A stretch of 32,000 bases of DNA from Candidatus Electronema halotolerans (GTDB lineage: Bacteria; Desulfobacterota; Desulfobulbia; Desulfobulbales; Desulfobulbaceae), in contig OW818675.1 of the NCBI GenBank assembly GCA_942493095.1, positions 510,001-542,000 of the forward strand, written 5' to 3'. A program made the position numbers and the translations under genes. The first letter of the stretch is position 1, and the number at the start of each line of letters is the position of its first letter. Positions 30,520 to 32,000 of this stretch are shown one piece after another. The notes beneath the pieces are model-generated. The model worked only from the letters and a program-made list of their open reading frames with translations, searched no databases and was not told where the DNA came from.

Positions 30520-31614
30520 ATGTCCAGCACCTGTCAGTCCTGCAAAACAGACCACGTCAATTTTCTTGAAGCGGCCTTCCGGCGCATCTTTCCCCAAGAC
30601 AGCGAGTTCCGTGACAAGGCCAAGGCGCGGCTGGAGCAGCTCACCATGCCGCACTGGGCCTTGGGCAGGCTGATGGACTTGGCCGTTGATCTGGCTGGCA
30701 TGACCCGCTCCCTGCATCCGCCGGTGGCGCGGAAACGGGTGGTAATCATGGTCGGCGACCACGGCGTGACTGCTGAGGGCGTGTCCAAGTTTCCCTCGGA
30801 AGTCACAGCCCAGATGGTCTATAATTTTGTCAATGGCGGGGCAGGCATCAATGCCTTGGCCCGGCAGGCGCGGGCCGAGGTCACTGTGGTTGACATGGGC
30901 TGCGCCGCTGATCTCACAGCCTTGGCTGAGGCGGGCAAGATTATCTCGAAGAAGATCGGCCCCGGCACAGCCAATATGGCCCTTGGCCCGGCCATGAGCC
31001 GCACCAACGCGGTCTTTGCGGTCGAGGCAGGCATCCAAGTGGCGGAGCAGCTTGCCCCGGAAACCGATATTTTTGCCACTGGCGAGATGGGCATTGGCAA
31101 CACCACGGCCAGCACCGCCATTGTCGCTGCTCTGAGCGGCAGAAGCATTGACGAGCTGACCGGGCGCGGCACTGGCTTGGATGATGCCCAGCTTGCCCAT
31201 AAGCAAAAGGTGCTGGAGCGCATTCTCCAAATCAACAAGCCGGATGCCAAGGACGGCTTGGACGTGCTGGCCAAGGTCGGCGGTTATGAGATCGGCGGCA
31301 TTGCCGGGCTGATCATCGGCGCGGCAGCCAACCGCAAGCCAGTGCTGGTCGATGGCTTCATCTCCACTGCCGGGGCCATGATCGCCTGCAAGCTGGAGCC
31401 GTTTGTCCGCGACTACATCATCTGCGCCCACCGCTCCGTGGAGCGGGGCCACGCCATCATGCAGGAGCAGCTCGGCTGCCAGCCGCTGCTGGATTTGCAG
31501 CTCCGGCTCGGCGAAGGCACAGGCGCGGCCTTGGCCATGAATATTGTCGAAGCCGCTGTGGCGGTGCTGACCGAAGTGGCCACCTTTGCCGAGGCAGGAG
31601 TGAGCGGCGCATGA
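30520..31614 (+). CDS. cobT: nicotinate-nucleotide--dimethylbenzimidazole phosphoribosyltransferase
   Basis: GDHGV, GEMGIGNTTASTAI and LRLGEGTGAALA motifs. 364 aa. Confidence 0.95.
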   Translation: MSSTCQSCKTDHVNFLEAAFRRIFPQDSEFRDKAKARLEQLTMPHWALGRLMDLAVDLAGMTRSLHPPVARKRVVIMVGDHGVTAEGVSKFPSEVTAQMVYNFVNGGAGINALARQARAEVTVVDMGCAADLTALAEAGKIISKKIGPGTANMALGPAMSRTNAVFAVEAGIQVAEQLAPETDIFATGEMGIGNTTASTAIVAALSGRSIDELTGRGTGLDDAQLAHKQKVLERILQINKPDAKDGLDVLAKVGGYEIGGIAGLIIGAAANRKPVLVDGFISTAGAMIACKLEPFVRDYIICAHRSVERGHAIMQEQLGCQPLLDLQLRLGEGTGAALAMNIVEAAVAVLTEVATFAEAGVSGA

Positions 31615-32000
31615 ACCGCTGGCGCAACAAGGACAGACCGAAACGGCCTGTGCCGACAAGGCAGCCGCAACTCCACATCGAGAAGGAGCAGCACCGCCAT
31701 TCATTCTCGGCTGGCAGCCTGCTGCGTCCTGTGGCCGCCTTTGCCGCAGCCCTGCGCTTTCTCACCATTCTGCCGCTGCCGGGCCGTTTTGGCACAGCGG
31801 AAAAGGACTTGGCTCATGCTGCGCCCTTTTTTCCCCTGATCGGCCTGCTCCTCGGCTGCGCCGCTGCTCCGGCGGCCAAACTGCTCTTCATCCTCCTGCC
31901 GCCTCTGCCTGCGGCAGTGCTGACCACCCTGCTCCTGCTCGCCTTTTCCGGCGGCCTCCATCTTGACGGACTGGCTGACACGGCAGACGGCTTCTTCTCC
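31611..32000 (+). CDS. cobS: adenosylcobinamide-GDP ribazoletransferase (5' part; runs off the window end)
   Basis: ATGA overlap with the cobT stop. I translated 130 codons without a stop. ALRFLTILPLPG and GGLHLDGLADTADGFFS are CobS signatures. The true start may be further downstream. Confidence 0.85.
   Translation, partial: MNRWRNKDRPKRPVPTRQPQLHIEKEQHRHSFSAGSLLRPVAAFAAALRFLTILPLPGRFGTAEKDLAHAAPFFPLIGLLLGCAAAPAAKLLFILLPPLPAAVLTTLLLLAFSGGLHLDGLADTADGFFS

Noticed and set aside
30496-31704. 402-aa minus-strand ORF
   Set aside because: It is entirely antisense to the clearly recognisable cobT/cobS genes. Its Ala/Gly/Arg/His-rich composition is typical of a shadow ORF in GC-rich coding DNA, and it has no recognisable motifs.
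1-32000. tRNA, rRNA, tmRNA genes; transposases, integrases and phage genes
   Set aside because: I scanned by eye for T-loop (GGTTCGAATCC-like) motifs, rRNA-like conserved blocks and recombinase or transposase motifs in the ORF track. I found none.

Overview
This 32-kb chromosomal window is GC-rich by eye and reads like an anaerobic sulfur-cycling bacterium (Desulfobacterota-like). That assignment is an inference from gene content; no rRNA or tRNA is present to confirm it.

Housekeeping genes: tsaD, two tandem DUF2062 paralogues, rsmA, cobT and a partial cobS.

Metabolic and accessory modules:
1. A minus-strand trio of a GspS-like ATP-grasp ligase, a GCS2 glutamate-cysteine-ligase-like enzyme and an orphan ABC ATPase.
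2. A glycosylation module: a large polytopic GT-C-like membrane protein, a GT2 polyprenol-phosphate glycosyltransferase and a STELLO/DUF288-like glycosyltransferase.
3. A two-gene redox module made of two unusual fusions, QmoC/HdrE-like fused to HdrD/DsrK-like, and HdrA with an inserted GltD/NfnB-like NAD(P)H module.
4. A sigma-54-promoted operon: NifB-like protein with a degenerate radical-SAM motif, thioredoxin-like 2Fe-2S ferredoxin, GNAT, HEPN-like protein, a 99-aa unknown and a Nif11-like peptide.
5. A tusA-dsrE-dsrF-(mini)dsrH operon divergent from a long yeeE/yedE.

The most unusual signals are structural:
- Two visibly low-GC, roughly 1-kb single-gene insertions are each bracketed by a diverged direct repeat of about 90-107 nt copied from the 3' end or terminator of the neighbouring host gene. 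In the first pair every sense-codon difference is synonymous.
- A third, analogous duplication involves the 5' end of the ABC ATPase gene.
- An array of eight 11-bp iteron or DnaA-box-like units (4 forward, 4 inverted) sits next to an AT-rich tract.
- A MITE-like inverted-repeat family occurs at two loci.

No CRISPR array, integrase or transposase was seen. All family calls come from by-eye motif recognition, not from searches.
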